A stretch of DNA of 64,000 bases from Pirellulales bacterium (GCA_040901675.1 JBBDYJ010000026.1:65062-129061), one strand, 5' to 3'; counted from the stretch's first letter, positions 10,437 to 21,256 are shown. The notes: generated by a model from the letters alone, not told the origin. Program-made: numbers and translations.

Positions 10437-11301
10437 GCCTCCCGATTCCACTCGCCGGTTCCGCCCGGGCCAGTTCAGCCTGCGGACCATGATGGTCTGT
10501 ATCGCGGTATTCAGCATCTGGCTGGGATGGTACGTACATTCGGCCACCCGTCAGCAACGAGCTGTCCGAGCAATTCTCGAACGGGGCGGGACGGTCACGT
10601 ACGACTACCAGTACGACACCGCACAGGATCGGGTAGTGCCGAATGGGAAAGCGCCCCGTCCGGTTTGGCTTCAACGGCTTCTCGGCGATGACTACTTCCA
10701 TCATGTTGTGCGAGTCAGCCTCGATGACGTTGCCACGGACGCGGATCTCGTACACCTGGAAGTCATGCCCCGGCTGAGACAGCTATTTCTCGGCGGCGCC
10801 GATGTCAGCGACGCGGGGCTCGAGCACCTCGAGAACCTGAGAGAACTGCGATTGCTCGTGCTATGGGGAAACCCGATTTCCGGTAGAGGGCTCAAGCACC
10901 TGCGAGGCCTGAAAGAACTGCGACAGCTGGACTTGAGCCAAACTCCAAGCCAAGACGAGCATCTCATCCATCTCACGCATCTATCGAGATTGGAAAGGCT
11001 GGATCTACCCAACAATCCCCAAATCTCCGGTTCATTTCTGGAACACATTGCCGACCTGCCAAACCTTCAGAGCCTTGTGCTGCGTGGCAGTGGAATCAGC
11101 GACGAATATCTCGTACATCTCAAGCGCACAAAGAAGCTGCAGTCGCTGATGCTGGACGGCACCCAAGTGACAGACGCCGCCGTCATCCATCTGCAAGATC
11201 TCACGAGTTTGCAGAATCTGGATGTTACCGATACTGGCGTCTCGCGGGCTGCGGTGGCGGTCATCAAGGCTAGCTTGCCCCAGGCAAGCATCAAACCGTG
11301 A
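10414..11301 (+). CDS. Membrane-anchored leucine-rich repeat protein
   Basis: QFSLRTMM plus TM helix, then LxxLxL..[10 protein letters not shown] repeats; start uncertain (overlaps pstB). Confidence 0.8.
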   Translation: MSPADSDKPPDSTRRFRPGQFSLRTMMVCIAVFSIWLGWYVHSATRQQRAVRAILERGGTVTYDYQYDTAQDRVVPNGKAPRPVWLQRLLGDDYFHHVVRVSLDDVATDADLVHLEVMPRLRQLFLGGADVSDAGLEHLENLRELRLLVLWGNPISGRGLKHLRGLKELRQLDLSQTPSQDEHLIHLTHLSRLERLDLPNNPQISGSFLEHIADLPNLQSLVLRGSGISDEYLVHLKRTKKLQSLMLDGTQVTDAAVIHLQDLTSLQNLDVTDTGVSRAAVAVIKASLPQASIKP

Positions 11302-11538
11302 CTCAGGGTTGACTTATTGAGCCAGCGCGGGTCGCGTTATTCATGCATCCTTCTTCTACGTCCGTCGAGGTGGAACCATCGGCTCTGGTTTCGCGTCTAA
11401 TCGCCAAGAGACGCAATCGGCAGGCCGCCAAATGCTCGCTTGCCGCCTGCGCACGCTGCGACCATAATCGTTCGAGAGGAAGGCACCGCTCAAAAAGGCC
11501 CGACGGGCCGCAGAGTATCCCCACCTTGAGGGCACACC

Positions 11539-13134
11539 GTGGCTGCTCGCTTCGATCCCTACCAGGCCTGGCTCGGCATCGCATCGGTCGCCAGGCCTCC
11601 CAATCATTATGAGCTTCTGGGGCTGCCGGCTTTTGAGAGCGACGCCGGCCGGATATCCACGGCGTTCGAGCGTCAGAAGGTCCGCGTCAGTCAGATGGCC
11701 ACCGGCCCTCAAACGGCACTTGCCGAACAGGTCCTGCAACAACTTTCCAGCGCCAGGCAGACATTGATCACGCCCGGTGCCAAACAGGCGTACGATGCCC
11801 AGTTACGGGCCACTGCGGGTTCCCTTGCGTCACACCCTCCGCGCCGGGACGCTGCTGATGCGCTGCTGCCCCCCATGGCGGTCCCGGGGCCGCGGCCTCA
11901 ACCGCCCACGGTGCCCATGGCCACGCTGATCAGCCCTCCGGGATCCGCGCCGGCCTTGCGGCCGCCGCCTCCGCCGATCGCTGCTCCAGCGCGTCCGCCC
12001 GTGGCCACGCCGGTGTACCCGCACGGGCCAGCCCTTGCACCGGGCGGGGCGCCTCAGGCGCAAGGCGCCGCCGTGCTGCCTTCGGTGTCGACGGCCCCCA
12101 GTACAGTGAGTGCTTATCTTCACCGGCCCAAGCGCCGGCGGTCGTCGTTCGCGCCGGCGGCGATCGGACTGGCCGTGGCCGCAATTCTGGCCACCGCGGC
12201 CGCGGTGTACATACAGTCGGATCGGCAGGGCCCGCTTGCACAAGGCCCCGGGGCACCCACCGACCAGCCAAAGCGGGCTCCCGAGACCGAAACCCATACT
12301 TCGGATGCCGCTCATCCGGATGTCGGCACCAGCCAACGCCGCTCTCATGGCGAGCGGGGCTCGCGCCGGTCGCGGCGCGCAGTCGATGGCGGCCGCCGGC
12401 CCGCAATCGCTGCCGTGGCCCGCATGTCATCGAGCGATCCATCGCCGGGCTCGGGCGACCCGCTGATGGCGAGCGACGTCTCGGCCGATTCAGACAATCC
12501 CAAAGACTCCGATTCGATGCCCGACATGGACGACGGCATGTCAAACGCCGCGGATGCGGCAGGCGACTCGGCGCAAGCCGTCACTGCTGGCCAGCGGGAT
12601 CCGCCCAATCCGCAGATCGAGGCATCGGTCAAGCGCAATCTGGCCGCCGCGCGGGCGGCATTGGCCCGCCGCGACGTAGCGGCCGCCGAAGAGCAACTCA
12701 ATCTGGCGATGCTCGACGTGGAAACACGCGAATTGGAGGCCGAAATCGACCGGGCGTTATTGCTCTCAGCACACGTGGCCGACTTCTGGCAAGCTGTCGG
12801 CAAGAGCCTGGCTGGACTCGAGGTGGCCGAAGAACTGGACCTCGATGGCCAGGTCGTCATCGTGGTCGAGTCAGAGAATCGATCGCTGGTGGTTCGAGGG
12901 GGCGGCCGCAACCGGACATACACGTTGGAAAAGCTGCCCGTCCCGCTGGCACTGCTATTGGCCCAGCGGAGCCTGCCCAGGGACGACCCGAAGTCCAAAG
13001 CGGCTCTGGGCGCCTTCCACGCGGTCGACGCCAGGGGCGACGTGGCCCAAGCCCGCCGATTGTGGCAGGAAGCAGCCGGCCAAGGTTTCGATGCAGCGTC
13101 GTTGCTGTTGGAATTGGACAGCCGTTCCGAGTAA
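11539..13134 (+). CDS. Hypothetical planctomycete protein: J-domain-like N-terminus, Pro-rich linker, one TM helix, helical C-terminus
   Basis: DPYQAWLGI..PPNHYELLGL...AYDAQLR; no HPD motif. Confidence 0.7.
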   Translation: MAARFDPYQAWLGIASVARPPNHYELLGLPAFESDAGRISTAFERQKVRVSQMATGPQTALAEQVLQQLSSARQTLITPGAKQAYDAQLRATAGSLASHPPRRDAADALLPPMAVPGPRPQPPTVPMATLISPPGSAPALRPPPPPIAAPARPPVATPVYPHGPALAPGGAPQAQGAAVLPSVSTAPSTVSAYLHRPKRRRSSFAPAAIGLAVAAILATAAAVYIQSDRQGPLAQGPGAPTDQPKRAPETETHTSDAAHPDVGTSQRRSHGERGSRRSRRAVDGGRRPAIAAVARMSSSDPSPGSGDPLMASDVSADSDNPKDSDSMPDMDDGMSNAADAAGDSAQAVTAGQRDPPNPQIEASVKRNLAAARAALARRDVAAAEEQLNLAMLDVETRELEAEIDRALLLSAHVADFWQAVGKSLAGLEVAEELDLDGQVVIVVESENRSLVVRGGGRNRTYTLEKLPVPLALLLAQRSLPRDDPKSKAALGAFHAVDARGDVAQARRLWQEAAGQGFDAASLLLELDSRSE

Positions 13135-13179
13135 TCGTTCGCCTCTGAAATCGCCCACGGCCGGTTTTGGCGCTCCAAC

Positions 13180-13632
13180 ATGCCGCAAGCCCGACAAGCT
13201 TTAGTGGTGCTTCTTCGCCTGGTGGGCTGCTTCGACCTGTTGGCGTTGGGGGGCGTGGTCATGCCCCAGGCCTGGATGGAGGCCACCCATGTCTGGCTGA
13301 AAATGGGCACCTTGCCCGATGCGCCGGTGGTCGGCTACCTCGCCCGATCGGCTTCGATGCTGTACGCGGTGCATGCGGCAATGATCCTGTTCATCTCGTT
13401 CGATGTGGTTCGCTATTGGCGGCTGATTACGTTTGTAGCCATTTCGACCATCGTCCTGGGAGTCACGATCCTGGCGATCGATCTGGCCGAAGGCATGCCG
13501 CTGTTCTGGACGCTGCTGGAAGGCCCAAGCCTCGTTGTCGTGGGGGCGTTGTTGCTGGCGCTCCAAGGCATGGCCGGCTGGGGCGTTCCCGGAGAGTCAA
13601 TTGCGGACGGCTCGCGCCTCAAGTTAGAATAG
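13180..13632 (+). CDS. Hypothetical four-helix membrane protein
   Basis: Four hydrophobic segments; fits the gap between co-oriented genes. Confidence 0.7.
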   Translation: MPQARQALVVLLRLVGCFDLLALGGVVMPQAWMEATHVWLKMGTLPDAPVVGYLARSASMLYAVHAAMILFISFDVVRYWRLITFVAISTIVLGVTILAIDLAEGMPLFWTLLEGPSLVVVGALLLALQGMAGWGVPGESIADGSRLKLE

Positions 13633-13718
13633 CCACCTGCCCGGTACTCGCGCAATCGATTGCGGTGACGGCCGCGCCGGCCCGCCAGCTACGCCTCCCA
13701 ACGACCCAAGGTACTTGC

Positions 13719-16700
13719 ATGCAGTTCCGTTTTCCCGCCGGCATCGCGGCGTTGGTTCTTAGCCTTTCCATCGTCCCGCCGGCGCCGGCGCAGCAGTCGC
13801 CCGAGGACGAGCTGAAGTCGCTGGTCGTGGCCGAAGGGTTCGAGGCATCGATCTTCGCGTCCGAGCCGATGATCACCAACCCCGCGGCCATCGACATTGA
13901 TACGCAGGGCCGGGTCTGGGTGGCCGAGATCCACTGGTATCGCGGCCAGGCCAAGGAGCCGCCCGCCGACAAGATCAAGGTGCTGGAAGACACCGACGGC
14001 GACGGGCGGGCCGACAAGGTCACGGTCTTTGCGGACGGCGTGTTTGCGCCGATGAGCATCTGCGTGGCAGGCGACAAGGTTTACGTGGCCACCAGTCCGG
14101 ATTTGTGGGTCTACGAGGACAAGGACGGTGATCTCATAGCCGATGGCCCACCTACCAAGCTGTTGACCGGTTTCGGCGGTTACAACCACGACCACGGCGC
14201 CCACAGCCTGGTGCTCGGCCCTGACCACAAGTGGTGGATGTCGCACGGAGACACCGGTTTCAACGTGAAGGGCATCGATGGCTCGCACATCGAATACAAG
14301 TGGGGCGCCATGCTGCGAGGGGAGCTCGACGGCAGCCGCCTGGAGACCGTGGCAGTCAACTTCCGTAATCCCTACGAGATCTGCGTGAGCTCATTCGGCG
14401 AATCTTTTTGCAGCGACAACGACAACGACGGCAACTTCAGCGTGCGGATCTGCTGGATCCTCGAAGGAGGCAACTATGGCTGGTTCGGCGCGCCGCCGGC
14501 CAAGGTTCCCCCCGGCACGCCGCTGGGCGAGCATTGGCACTTCCGCGGACATGTCCCCGGTTTCGTGCCCGCCACGCTGGTCACCGGCTTCGGATCGCCC
14601 TGCGGCATCTGCTTCTACGAAGGAGACGCCTTTGGCGACCAATACAAGAACGCACCGCTGCACACCGACGCCGGCCCCCGCGAAGTCCGCATCTACCGGC
14701 ATGAGCCGCACGGCGCCGGCATGCGGGCCACCAGCCGGGTGTTCATGTCCAGCCCCGACGACGCCTATTTCCGTCCCGACGACATCTGTGCCGCCCCCGA
14801 TGGCACGCTTTACGTCGCCGACTGGTACGACGGCGGCGTCGGCGGTCATGCCTATAACAATCCGGATCAAGGCCGCATCTTCCAGTTGCGGCCCACGGGC
14901 AAAAGACCCCAGCGTGTCGGCGAGCCGGGCCCATACGCCACCGTCGAGCAGGCGATCGAAGGTCTGAAGAATCCCAACCTGGCCACGCAGTTTCTGGCGC
15001 GCGAGCGGCTTCTGGCCGAGGGGTCTTCCAGCATTGTTCCGCTGAAGGAACTGTTGAACGACAAAGAACCGAATTATCGGGCCCGCGCGCTTTGGCTCCT
15101 GGACCGCATTGGCGGCCAAGCGCGGCAGGCCGTGGTCGATCAGCTCAAGAGCGACGATCCGGCCTTCCGTGCTTTGGCGGTGCGCATTCTGCGGCGCCAC
15201 GGCGCCGAGTATGCCGAGCCGCTGCTGGACATGGCGGGCGACGACTCCCCCGAAGTCCGCCGCGAGGTGCTCTTGGCCCTTTCCAGGCTCGAAGGGACGC
15301 GTGCCGAGCAGGCGCTCGTCGAGATGGCCGCCAGCTACGACGGCACGGACCGCTATCTACTCGAGGCGATCCATATTGCCGCCGGCCGACGCAAGGCCCA
15401 GTTGTACCGGGCACTCGAACGAGCCGGGCGGATTTCGATCGACAAGGTGCAATTGCTGCAGGTGCTCGATCCCAAGGCGGCCGCGTCGTTCCTGGCCGAG
15501 AGCCTGGCGGCCACGAACCTGGACGAATCGGCCCGCCAGATGCTGTTGGAGCACCTGGGGGGCACGGCGTCCGCCGAAGCGGGCCAGGCGGTCCTCAAGC
15601 TGGCCACCGATCCGGAGGCCTCGGCCGATATGCGGCGTCTGTCGCTGAACCTGCTGGCAGCCAACCTGCCTGGCAACTGGCAAGCCTTGAAGCGCGGGCC
15701 CGAGCTGGCCTCGGGGCTGAGGCACCTTCTTTCCGATCCCGACTGGCAGGCGGCGGCCCTGACCCTGGCGGGTGACAACGGCCTCCATGAGCTGGCAGCC
15801 GAGATCCTGGCGCTTGTCCAATCGGCCGAGCTGTCGGTCGGCGTCCGCCAGCAGGCCGCCCGAGTTGCCGCTCAACTGCGGGTGGAAGGGGCGGCCGCGG
15901 CGCTTGCCAAGCTGCTGACGTCGAAGGAGCAGCCGTTGGCGGAGGCGGGCCTGTCGGGCCTGGTTCAATTGCAGCATTGGCCGCCGGTCCGCAAGGTGGT
16001 CTGCGGCACCGTCGGCACACCGCGACTGCAAGCCGAGGCGGTCGAGCAACTGATGAGCTCGACGGGCGGCGCACTGGTGATGCTGCGTCTTATCGACGAC
16101 CAGGCCGTCAGCGATGCCGTGGCCAAAACGGCGATCGACCAGGCCATCCGTCATCCGGACTCGAACATCCGCGTGCTGTTTGAGCGGTTTGTCCCGGAAG
16201 ACCAGCGGCCACGGCGGCTGGGCAGCGCGGTCCAGCCGGCCGAAATTCTGGCCCTGGAGGCCGACGCCGATCGCGGCCGGCAGATTTTCTTTCAAAGCTC
16301 GGCCGCGCAGTGCAAGAACTGCCATCGCGTGCAGGGGCAGGGAGGCGGCATCGGACCGGATCTGAGCCAGATCGGGAAGAAATACGACCGGGCCGCCCTG
16401 CTGGAGACAATCCTCGAGCCTTCCAAGGCCATCGCGCCGGAGTACATTGCCTACCTGCTGGAGACCCAAGACGGGCTGGTTCACGCCGGTTTCGTGGTGG
16501 ACAAGAGCGACGAGCAGGTCGTGCTCAAGGACGCGAACAACAACCTGATCCGTGTGCCGGCCGGCGAAGTGGCCCTGCTGGCAGCCCAACAAAAATCGCT
16601 GATGCCCGAGCTGGTGCTCAGCGACGTGACTGCTCAGGATGCCGCCGACCTGTTGGCCTATCTGGTCTCGCTCAACGAGTCGGTGCAGGCCGTGACACGG

Positions 16701-17192
16701 TTCCGTTTGCTGGGGCCCTTCGCCAGCCCCGACAAGAAAGGGATCGACCGCGATTTTGGACCGGAATCGGAGCTGAGCCGGCCCGACTTGAGCGCCGGCT
16801 ATCCTGGCGCCCGCCAGCGCGTACACTGGGAACTGGCGCAAGCGAACGTGCTTGGCGAGTTGCCGATGTTCGACCAGGTCAAGCACGCCCAGACGCGGGG
16901 CCAACCGGCCGAGGGCGTGACCAATTATTTTTTGGTCTTTGCCGATAGTACCGCCGACCAGCAGGCGACACTGCTGGTGGGCAGCGACGACAGTTGCAGA
17001 ATATGGGTCAATGGCCGGGAGGTGCACGTCTACCGGGGCAACCGGGCGCTTGCTCCGGCCCAGGACCGGGTGAACGTGAACTTCCGCTCCGGCCGCAACA
17101 CGGTTGTGGTCAAGGTCGAAAACAACCAGGGGCCCGGCGGCATGGCCCTGGCCATCCAAAGCGCAAGCGCCATCGAGATAAACACCGAATGA
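13719..17192 (+). CDS. PVC-type heme-binding CxxCH protein (dehydrogenase-like propeller, HEAT repeats, cytochrome c, C-terminal beta-sandwich)
   Basis: Signal peptide, LEDTDGDGRADK, FRNPYE, CKNCH, GPDLSQIG, SLMPE. Confidence 0.9.
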   Translation: MQFRFPAGIAALVLSLSIVPPAPAQQSPEDELKSLVVAEGFEASIFASEPMITNPAAIDIDTQGRVWVAEIHWYRGQAKEPPADKIKVLEDTDGDGRADKVTVFADGVFAPMSICVAGDKVYVATSPDLWVYEDKDGDLIADGPPTKLLTGFGGYNHDHGAHSLVLGPDHKWWMSHGDTGFNVKGIDGSHIEYKWGAMLRGELDGSRLETVAVNFRNPYEICVSSFGESFCSDNDNDGNFSVRICWILEGGNYGWFGAPPAKVPPGTPLGEHWHFRGHVPGFVPATLVTGFGSPCGICFYEGDAFGDQYKNAPLHTDAGPREVRIYRHEPHGAGMRATSRVFMSSPDDAYFRPDDICAAPDGTLYVADWYDGGVGGHAYNNPDQGRIFQLRPTGKRPQRVGEPGPYATVEQAIEGLKNPNLATQFLARERLLAEGSSSIVPLKELLNDKEPNYRARALWLLDRIGGQARQAVVDQLKSDDPAFRALAVRILRRHGAEYAEPLLDMAGDDSPEVRREVLLALSRLEGTRAEQALVEMAASYDGTDRYLLEAIHIAAGRRKAQLYRALERAGRISIDKVQLLQVLDPKAAASFLAESLAATNLDESARQMLLEHLGGTASAEAGQAVLKLATDPEASADMRRLSLNLLAANLPGNWQALKRGPELASGLRHLLSDPDWQAAALTLAGDNGLHELAAEILALVQSAELSVGVRQQAARVAAQLRVEGAAAALAKLLTSKEQPLAEAGLSGLVQLQHWPPVRKVVCGTVGTPRLQAEAVEQLMSSTGGALVMLRLIDDQAVSDAVAKTAIDQAIRHPDSNIRVLFERFVPEDQRPRRLGSAVQPAEILALEADADRGRQIFFQSSAAQCKNCHRVQGQGGGIGPDLSQIGKKYDRAALLETILEPSKAIAPEYIAYLLETQDGLVHAGFVVDKSDEQVVLKDANNNLIRVPAGEVALLAAQQKSLMPELVLSDVTAQDAADLLAYLVSLNESVQAVTRFRLLGPFASPDKKGIDRDFGPESELSRPDLSAGYPGARQRVHWELAQANVLGELPMFDQVKHAQTRGQPAEGVTNYFLVFADSTADQQATLLVGSDDSCRIWVNGREVHVYRGNRALAPAQDRVNVNFRSGRNTVVVKVENNQGPGGMALAIQSASAIEINTE

Positions 17193-17701
17193 TCGATTTT
17201 CTTCACTCGACGTGGCCGGGGGCCCGCGCTCCGTTGCGCCCGGCCCGCGGACAGAGTCCTTGCTTGGTACTGTGGGCGTTGATCGCCATCACCGGCTGCG
17301 GGCCACCCGCGGCCAAGCAAAAGATGATTTCGACCGTCGAAAGTCTCGGAGGCGATGTAACGATCAAGGACGGCAGGCTGGTCAAGATCGATCTGTCCTC
17401 CAGCCGGGCCAGCGACGCCGATCTCGCGGCGCTGGGCAATGCAACGCACCTGGAACGGCTCTACCTCAACAGCGCGATTACCGACCAGGGACTCGTGCAC
17501 CTCGCCGGCTTGACCAACCTCTCGAAGCTCGACCTGCAGAAGACGCAGGTTACCGACGCCGGGTTGGAGCACCTCAAGAAGCTGCCCAACCTCCAGCAGC
17601 TTTACGTGCACGGAAGCCGGATTACCGAGGCCGGCATGGCCGACCTCGAGGCCGCGCTGCCCCGTTTGACGATCGAGCGGTTCCCCATCAGCCAACCCTA
17701 A
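17189..17701 (+). CDS. Leucine-rich repeat lipoprotein
   Basis: IAITGC lipobox-like; ITDQGLVHL / VTDAGLEHL repeats; ATGA overlap with upstream gene. Confidence 0.75.
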   Translation: MIDFLHSTWPGARAPLRPARGQSPCLVLWALIAITGCGPPAAKQKMISTVESLGGDVTIKDGRLVKIDLSSSRASDADLAALGNATHLERLYLNSAITDQGLVHLAGLTNLSKLDLQKTQVTDAGLEHLKKLPNLQQLYVHGSRITEAGMADLEAALPRLTIERFPISQP

Positions 17702-17709
17702 GCGGGCTC

Positions 17710-17731
17710 GTAGTGACCCCATGGATGGGGA
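17710..17731 (+). repeat. Degenerate GTAG-type REP hairpin
   Basis: gtagtgaccccatggatgggga, same family as the copies at 58.05 kb. Confidence 0.6.
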
Positions 17732-17797
17732 GGTTTGGAAAAGGCAGAACGTGATCGTCGGATCCCTCGAACCGCAACTTATTGAGATTTCGAATCC

Positions 17798-20700
17798 ATG
17801 ATACATCGCTGGCTGTTTCGACTCTTGGCACTGGCCTGTCTGGTCAGTCTTATCAGTCTGGTCAGACTGGCCGTGGCCCAGGAAACGCCGATCCCGCACG
17901 GCCAAATGAAACCGCCCGGACCGGCACTGACTCCCGCCGAGGCCATCGCCAAGATGACGGTGCCCGAAGGCTTCTCCGTCGAGCTGGTGGCCGCCGAGCC
18001 CGACATCGTCAATCCGGTCGCCATGACGTTTGACGAGCGCGGCCGCATCTGGATCACGGAGAGCCTGGAGTATCCGCGGCGAGACGCGGGGCCCGGGCAG
18101 GACCGCGTCAAGGTGCTGGAAGACACCGACGGCGACGGCCGGGCCGACAAGATCACCGTCTTCGCCGATGGGCTGAATATTCCTTCGGGCATTGCCGTCG
18201 GGGCAGGGGGGGTCTGGGTGGCCAATGCCCCCGACATCCTCTTTCTCCAGGACACCGATGCCGACGGCCGCGCCGACCGGCAAGAGGTGGTCGTCACCGG
18301 CTTCGGCCGCGACGACACGCACGAGCTGCCCAACTCGCTCACGTGGGGTCCCGACGGCTGGCTGTACGGGCTCAACGGCGTCTTCAACCGCAGCCGCGTC
18401 GAGCACCGCGGCCGCCAATTTGACTTCACCTGCGCGCTGTTCCGGATTCATCCGCGGACCCGCGACTTCGAGCTGTTTGCCGAGGGGACCAGCAACCCTT
18501 GGGGCGTCGCCTTCGACGCCGAGGGAAGCGCCTTCGTCAGCGCCTGCGTGATCGACCATCTCTGGCACCTCGTCGAAACCGGCTACTACCATCGCCAGGG
18601 CGGCCCGTATCCACCGTTTACGTGGAAGATCGACTCGATCGTCAAGCACAAACACCAGCAAGCGGCCTACTGCGGCATCCATTTTTTCGATAGCGATGCG
18701 TACCCGCCCGAATACCGCGAAAAGCTGTATATGGGCAACATCCACGGCAACTGTATCAACGTCGACTCCCTGGCCCGCGACGGCTCGACCTATGCCGGCA
18801 GCGGCGAGCCCGACTTTGTTTCCGCCAACGACGCCTGGTTCATGCCCGTGGTGCAAAAGACGGGCCCCGACGGCTGCCTGTACATCCTCGACTGGTACGA
18901 CCGCTACCATTGCTACCAAGATGCCAATCGCGATCCCGCGGGCATCGATCGGTTGAAAGGGCGGCTGTACCGGGTCCGTTACCGCGATACTCCGCACGCC
19001 GGGCCCTTGGACCTGGCCGCGGAGACCGACGACAAGTTGATCGAACGGCTGCACAGCCCGAACGTGTTTTTTCGCGATGTGGCCCAGCGCCTGCTGTGGG
19101 AGCGCAACAAGCCGGCCACGCGCAAGAAGCTGGCCAGGCTGGTGCTGTCCGACGAAGCGCCCCGCAAGGCCCGCATGCACGCCCTTTGGGCCTTGCTCGG
19201 TTGCGGACCCTTGGACGAGACGCTGCACCTGGCCCTGCTGGAACATCCCGATGAGGGCTTGCGCGCGTGGGGCGTGCGGGCGGCCGGCCATTCCCGCCAG
19301 GTGGCCGCGTCGGTCCGCGGTCGACTTGCGGCCATGGCAGCCGATTCATCGGCCGACGTCCGGCTGCAAGTGGCCATCGCCGCCCGCAAGCTGGAGGGTC
19401 TCGAACCGATCCCGTTGCTGTTGGACGTACTCGACTCCAGCGGCGACGACAAGCTGATCCCTCACATCGTGTGGCAGAACCTGCACCCGCTGCTTGAAGA
19501 AGAGGCCGGCCAATTCCTGGAACTGGCCAGCCGGCGGCACCTGAACGAGCAGCCTGAACTGACCGCCCTGATGCCCCGCGTGTTCGAGCGGATCGTGGGC
19601 CGGCGCGACCAAGACCCGCGGCCGGTCGCGGCCCTGCTGCAAACGTTGATGGCAGCCGGTCCGGAGCTTGGCCCGATGAGCGGCCGCTGCCTGGCGCTGC
19701 TGGCCGGCAAGATTCAGACCGGCGAGCTGAGCGGCCGGAGGCTGGAGGCGCTGCGCTCGGCCATGGAGCCGCTGCTGTCGGGCGTTTTGTCGGGACCTGT
19801 GGACGATCCTCTTTACCTCGACGCCGCCTTGCTGGCCACCACCTGGAAAGACCCGGCGGGGATTACGGCGGTCCGGCAAGTATACGCTTCGCGAGCGTAC
19901 GATGACCAGCGGCGCCTGCAGGCGCTCGATGCCTTGGTCGCGGCCGCTGACGATCGACTGCTGGCCGCAGTAGCCGGCGCGCTGAAACCGGACAACGGCA
20001 ACTCCGTTGAGCTGCGCCGCCGCACGCTCGACTCGCTGGGTCGGCTGGAACAGGCGGAAGTGGCCCGGGTGGTGCTCGCCGCCTGGCCGGATCTGGAGCC
20101 GGAGCTCAAACCGCAGGCCATCGAGCTGTTGACCGGCCGCGCGTCGTGGAGCAAGCAGTTGCTGGCTTCGATCGGCGCGGGCCATGTGCCGGCCGATGCG
20201 CTGAATCTCAACCAGGTGCGAAAGCTGTTGAGCAGCAATGACCAGGAGCTGATCGAGCAGGTCGAGGCGGCCTGGGGCTCGCTACGGACCGAGCGCAATC
20301 CCGACGGCGAGCAGGTGATCGCTCGCATGCGTCAGTTCATCCGCCGCACCCCCGGCGACCCGTTGGCGGGCCGCGAGGCCTACAAAAAAGTTTGCGGGCA
20401 ATGTCACAAGATGCACGGCGAGGGTCAGGAAGTCGGGCCGGACATTACCGTCAACGGCCGCAGCTCGTTCGAGCAACTGCTCTCCAATGTGTTCGATCCC
20501 AGCCTGGTGATAGGCGCCTCGTACCAGGCGCGGACGGTCGTCACGCTCGACGGCCGGGTCCTCACCGGGTTGGTGGTCGAAGACAGCGACCAGCGCGTGG
20601 TGCTGAAAGTGCAGGGGGGCAAGCTGGAGACGATTGCCCGCGACGACATCGACGAGATGGACGAGAGCAAGCTGTCGCTGATGCCCGAGGACCTGGAGAA

Positions 20701-21256
20701 ACAGCTCCAGCCGGCCGAGATCGCCGACCTGTTCGCCTATCTCACCCTCGACAAGCCGCCCGAAGATCCGACCGCCCGGCGGCTGCCCGGCGTCGAAGCT
20801 CCTCAGCCCCGCGAAACGACGGATCCCGCGCAGTTCAACGAGCTGGTGGCCGAGGTGGCCCCCGGCTTCTCGCTGGACGCGTCAGGCGAGCGGGGCGTCG
20901 GCATTCTGGCTGAACAGGCAGGCCGGCCCGGCGTGCTGAGGACCCATCCGCTTGCCCGCGACAAGCCCTGTGTCTTGCGGCGCGTCGTCCTGATCCCCGC
21001 CGGCAAAACAACCCGCCTGCTGCTCGATGTTTCGCACCATCCGGACGGAGATTGGCAATTGGTGGTTCGAGCCAATGGCCGCCCATTGCACGAGTCGGTC
21101 GTCGGCGAAAAAACCGTCCGCGACGGCTGGACGACCGTGACGGTCGACCTGTCCGAGTTTGCAGGCGAAGAAGTCCAACTCGAACTGCTCAACCAGGCCA
21201 ACGACTGGCGAGGGGACTTCGCCTATTGGGGGCGGGTCGAGATCGTCTCCGACTAG
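17798..21256 (+). CDS. PVC-type heme-binding CxxCH protein (second paralogue)
   Basis: Signal peptide, LEDTDGDGRADK, WGPDGWLYG, SNPWG, CGQCH, SLMPED. Confidence 0.9.
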   Translation: MIHRWLFRLLALACLVSLISLVRLAVAQETPIPHGQMKPPGPALTPAEAIAKMTVPEGFSVELVAAEPDIVNPVAMTFDERGRIWITESLEYPRRDAGPGQDRVKVLEDTDGDGRADKITVFADGLNIPSGIAVGAGGVWVANAPDILFLQDTDADGRADRQEVVVTGFGRDDTHELPNSLTWGPDGWLYGLNGVFNRSRVEHRGRQFDFTCALFRIHPRTRDFELFAEGTSNPWGVAFDAEGSAFVSACVIDHLWHLVETGYYHRQGGPYPPFTWKIDSIVKHKHQQAAYCGIHFFDSDAYPPEYREKLYMGNIHGNCINVDSLARDGSTYAGSGEPDFVSANDAWFMPVVQKTGPDGCLYILDWYDRYHCYQDANRDPAGIDRLKGRLYRVRYRDTPHAGPLDLAAETDDKLIERLHSPNVFFRDVAQRLLWERNKPATRKKLARLVLSDEAPRKARMHALWALLGCGPLDETLHLALLEHPDEGLRAWGVRAAGHSRQVAASVRGRLAAMAADSSADVRLQVAIAARKLEGLEPIPLLLDVLDSSGDDKLIPHIVWQNLHPLLEEEAGQFLELASRRHLNEQPELTALMPRVFERIVGRRDQDPRPVAALLQTLMAAGPELGPMSGRCLALLAGKIQTGELSGRRLEALRSAMEPLLSGVLSGPVDDPLYLDAALLATTWKDPAGITAVRQVYASRAYDDQRRLQALDALVAAADDRLLAAVAGALKPDNGNSVELRRRTLDSLGRLEQAEVARVVLAAWPDLEPELKPQAIELLTGRASWSKQLLASIGAGHVPADALNLNQVRKLLSSNDQELIEQVEAAWGSLRTERNPDGEQVIARMRQFIRRTPGDPLAGREAYKKVCGQCHKMHGEGQEVGPDITVNGRSSFEQLLSNVFDPSLVIGASYQARTVVTLDGRVLTGLVVEDSDQRVVLKVQGGKLETIARDDIDEMDESKLSLMPEDLEKQLQPAEIADLFAYLTLDKPPEDPTARRLPGVEAPQPRETTDPAQFNELVAEVAPGFSLDASGERGVGILAEQAGRPGVLRTHPLARDKPCVLRRVVLIPAGKTTRLLLDVSHHPDGDWQLVVRANGRPLHESVVGEKTVRDGWTTVTVDLSEFAGEEVQLELLNQANDWRGDFAYWGRVEIVSD

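Noticed and set aside
13167..13718. N-terminal extensions given by the ORF track (also 1662, 3372, 6371, 29182, 33954, 43817)
   Set aside because: They overlap neighbouring genes and have low-complexity translations; downstream starts with an RBS, signal peptide or ATGA coupling fit better
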